A stretch of DNA of 64,000 nt, from contig OZ244044.1 of assembly GCA_965215275.1 (NCBI GenBank), forward strand, positions 1,632,001 through 1,696,000, given 5' to 3'. This document shows positions 62,219 through 64,000 of the stretch, one piece after another. Below the pieces are notes generated by a model. The model saw only the letters and a list, made by a program, of their open reading frames with translations. It ran no database searches and was not told the origin of the DNA. The position numbers and the translations under genes are program-made. This DNA comes from Thermodesulfobacteriota bacterium. GTDB lineage: Bacteria; Desulfobacterota_D; UBA1144; Nemesobacterales; JAJCZQ01. Every line of letters starts with the position of its first letter. Position 1 is the first letter of the stretch.

Positions 62219-63043
62219 CTAAGGTCCTTCCTGGATGGTTTTGCCTTCTGCCTTTCTGTCAAATGCCTTTTGCATTCGGTCAAGAATATCCTTGGTCGTT
62301 CGAACAGGGTCGTCGGATTTGTAGATCGGTCTTCCGATAACCAGGTAGTCGGAACCGTTCTCAACTGCTTCCTCCGGGGTGGTTGTGCGTTTATGATCGT
62401 CAGGACTTTCATTTAATCTGATACCGGGAGATACAACTACAAACTCCTCGTCTTTTTTTCCTTCCAGGTCAGTTCCGATAGCTTTTTTTATCAAACCGGC
62501 ATGTTTTCCTGATGCTACTACGCCGTCCGATCCGTGATCGTACGCTTGCCTTGCTCTGCGGATAACGTGGTCCTTGATGGACCGGGAACCTTCAATGTTG
62601 TAAATATCCTTGAGATCTTTTTCATCAAGGCTCGTCAGCAGGGTAACGACGAGTATTCTGGGTTTTCGTCTGCCGTTCTTTCCTCGCAGTGCGGCCTCTA
62701 TAAGGGAAGAACTCCCGTGTATGGTGCAGAATCGGACGTTCTCTGTTTTGGACAGTGCCCGTATGTAAGATTCAACGGTGTTTCGAATGTCGTAAAACTT
62801 AAGATCAAAAAAGACGTCGATGTCCCGTTGTGCTAAAAAGCTTAAAAAATCCCTTACGTTCGGTTCCGTACGGGTTGAGATCTCAAGAAAGTGTAAGTAG
62901 TTTATCTTTACCACACGGACCAGATCACCGAGCTTTCTGACCAGCTCCCTGCTTTCTGACACCGGCATGTCAAGTGAAAGGATCAGGCGGTCCTGGGCAA
63001 GGGGCCTTATGGCCCGTCCGTCTTTTTGAGCGGTTTTTGTCAT
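62219..63043 (-). CDS. pyrF: Orotidine-5'-phosphate decarboxylase
   Basis: DLKFYDIRNT, VTLLTS, PGIR, YLVIGRPI. Confidence 0.93.
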   Translation of the reverse strand: MTKTAQKDGRAIRPLAQDRLILSLDMPVSESRELVRKLGDLVRVVKINYLHFLEISTRTEPNVRDFLSFLAQRDIDVFFDLKFYDIRNTVESYIRALSKTENVRFCTIHGSSSLIEAALRGKNGRRKPRILVVTLLTSLDEKDLKDIYNIEGSRSIKDHVIRRARQAYDHGSDGVVASGKHAGLIKKAIGTDLEGKKDEEFVVVSPGIRLNESPDDHKRTTTPEEAVENGSDYLVIGRPIYKSDDPVRTTKDILDRMQKAFDRKAEGKTIQEGP

Positions 63044-63297
63044 TTTCTTTTGCCTGATAGGCAGGGCAGCAGCATGGAACTGAAACTGCCTGCGGTTTGC
63101 TGGTCTTGCTTTCAGATTAGCGTAACGAAAGCAAAGAAGTTATATTTCTGTTGTAACCAACCTGCCGTGATCTGCACTGTATTTTAACAGGCAAACAAAA
63201 TTTAACGGTTTTTTATAATTGTACAAGGGATTTATATACTTTAGTACCCAACAAAGGAGTTAATAGAAAAGTGTGATCGTGTTATAATTACAGAGTA

Positions 63298-64000
63298 ATG
63301 GATAGTGAAAAGAGGATAATTAAGCAGACGAGGACGGAACGCAGAGTGACTGGATTGAATCACCCTTCAACTCATAAGGGTTTGGAAAGGACTTTGGACC
63401 AGCTTACCTATCTGTATAACAGCGCTCTGGAAGAAAGGAAAGAAGCGTACAAAAAATACAAGAAGCTGAAGAAGTGGGGTTTGTCAGAAGAAAGGTTACA
63501 GATGTATTTCTACCCACAATGGGAGTTTGGTATTTCTTACAACAAGAAGAACAGAGTTAAATATCTGGATACAGTTTATGAAGCAGTTAACAGGTTAGTA
63601 AGTAATATCAGACCTTGTGATGATCCTGTTAACTGGAGAGAGTTATCAAAAGAAGAGCTAAAGAAGAAGTCAGTAAGTTATGAAGATCAGGCGAAGTCAC
63701 TGACGGAGATAAGGAATGATGTTTTATTGAAAGGATTCAGCAAGGTAGGTGTTCAGGCACAGCAAAGGACGTTAAAGAGAGTGGATAAGGCTTACAGTGA
63801 TTATATTAAAGGATTGAGAGGCAGTCCTAGATATAAGAACAGCAGCAGAAAGGTAAGAAGTTTTGAAACATATACATGGGGAAATGTAAAGAAAGGAGAG
63901 AGAAGGACATATTTAACGGTAAAGGGAGCAGGCAGGATCTCATTCAGGGGAAGAATACCGGAAGGAACAAAATACATAAGGATATTAAGAACAGCTTTAA
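63298..64000 (+). CDS. tnpB: TnpB-like RNA-guided endonuclease (IS200/IS605 OrfB family), 5' partial, runs off window; not in the ORF track
   Basis: Manual translation: LYNSALEERKEAY...SVSYEDQAKSLTEIR...QRTLKRVDKAYSDY...GSPRYK...RSFE...LTVKGAGRISF; 234 codons without a stop. Confidence 0.82.
   Translation, partial: MDSEKRIIKQTRTERRVTGLNHPSTHKGLERTLDQLTYLYNSALEERKEAYKKYKKLKKWGLSEERLQMYFYPQWEFGISYNKKNRVKYLDTVYEAVNRLVSNIRPCDDPVNWRELSKEELKKKSVSYEDQAKSLTEIRNDVLLKGFSKVGVQAQQRTLKRVDKAYSDYIKGLRGSPRYKNSSRKVRSFETYTWGNVKKGERRTYLTVKGAGRISFRGRIPEGTKYIRILRTAL

Overview
Bacterial chromosomal window, about 64 kb, mostly housekeeping: glmU/glmS, ribF, aroE, trpCD, nusB-ribH-ribBA, pepA, a heme cluster (hemD-hemE fusion, hemH, hemY), lysA, pal-cpoB-hemL-atpZIBE, cca, xseA, long ThyX, queCE, methylmalonyl-CoA mutase operon, nuoGH, pyrF and tRNA-Thr(CGT). 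The gene set resembles a deltaproteobacteria-like lineage, possibly Ca. Dadabacteria or a host-associated organism (inference only). The main unexplained structure is a family of three paralogous surface-protein genes (17113-18050, 18353-20106, 44936-48501). Each has its own sigma70-type promoter, a near-leaderless ATG and a poly-C tract (C10; C8; C11 plus C9 in series) that puts the signal peptide out of frame with the gene body. Their cargo is modular (PPC-like domain, catalytically dead kexin-like S8 plus P domain, Ig-like repeats), and all end in a Gly-rich-Cys-TM-RRK sorting tail. This looks like a phase-variable surface display system that is OFF at all three loci in this assembly. It is linked to local duplications, including a reciprocally degraded pepT-cbiX duplicate. 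Other points: a TnpB-like ORF with a ~70-aa insertion running off the window end, several pseudo-enzymes (sirtuin, GCH-II domain, acyl-CoA ligase fragment), a low-GC PD-(D/E)XK nuclease islet, and a tandemly duplicated 11-aa-repeat membrane protein.
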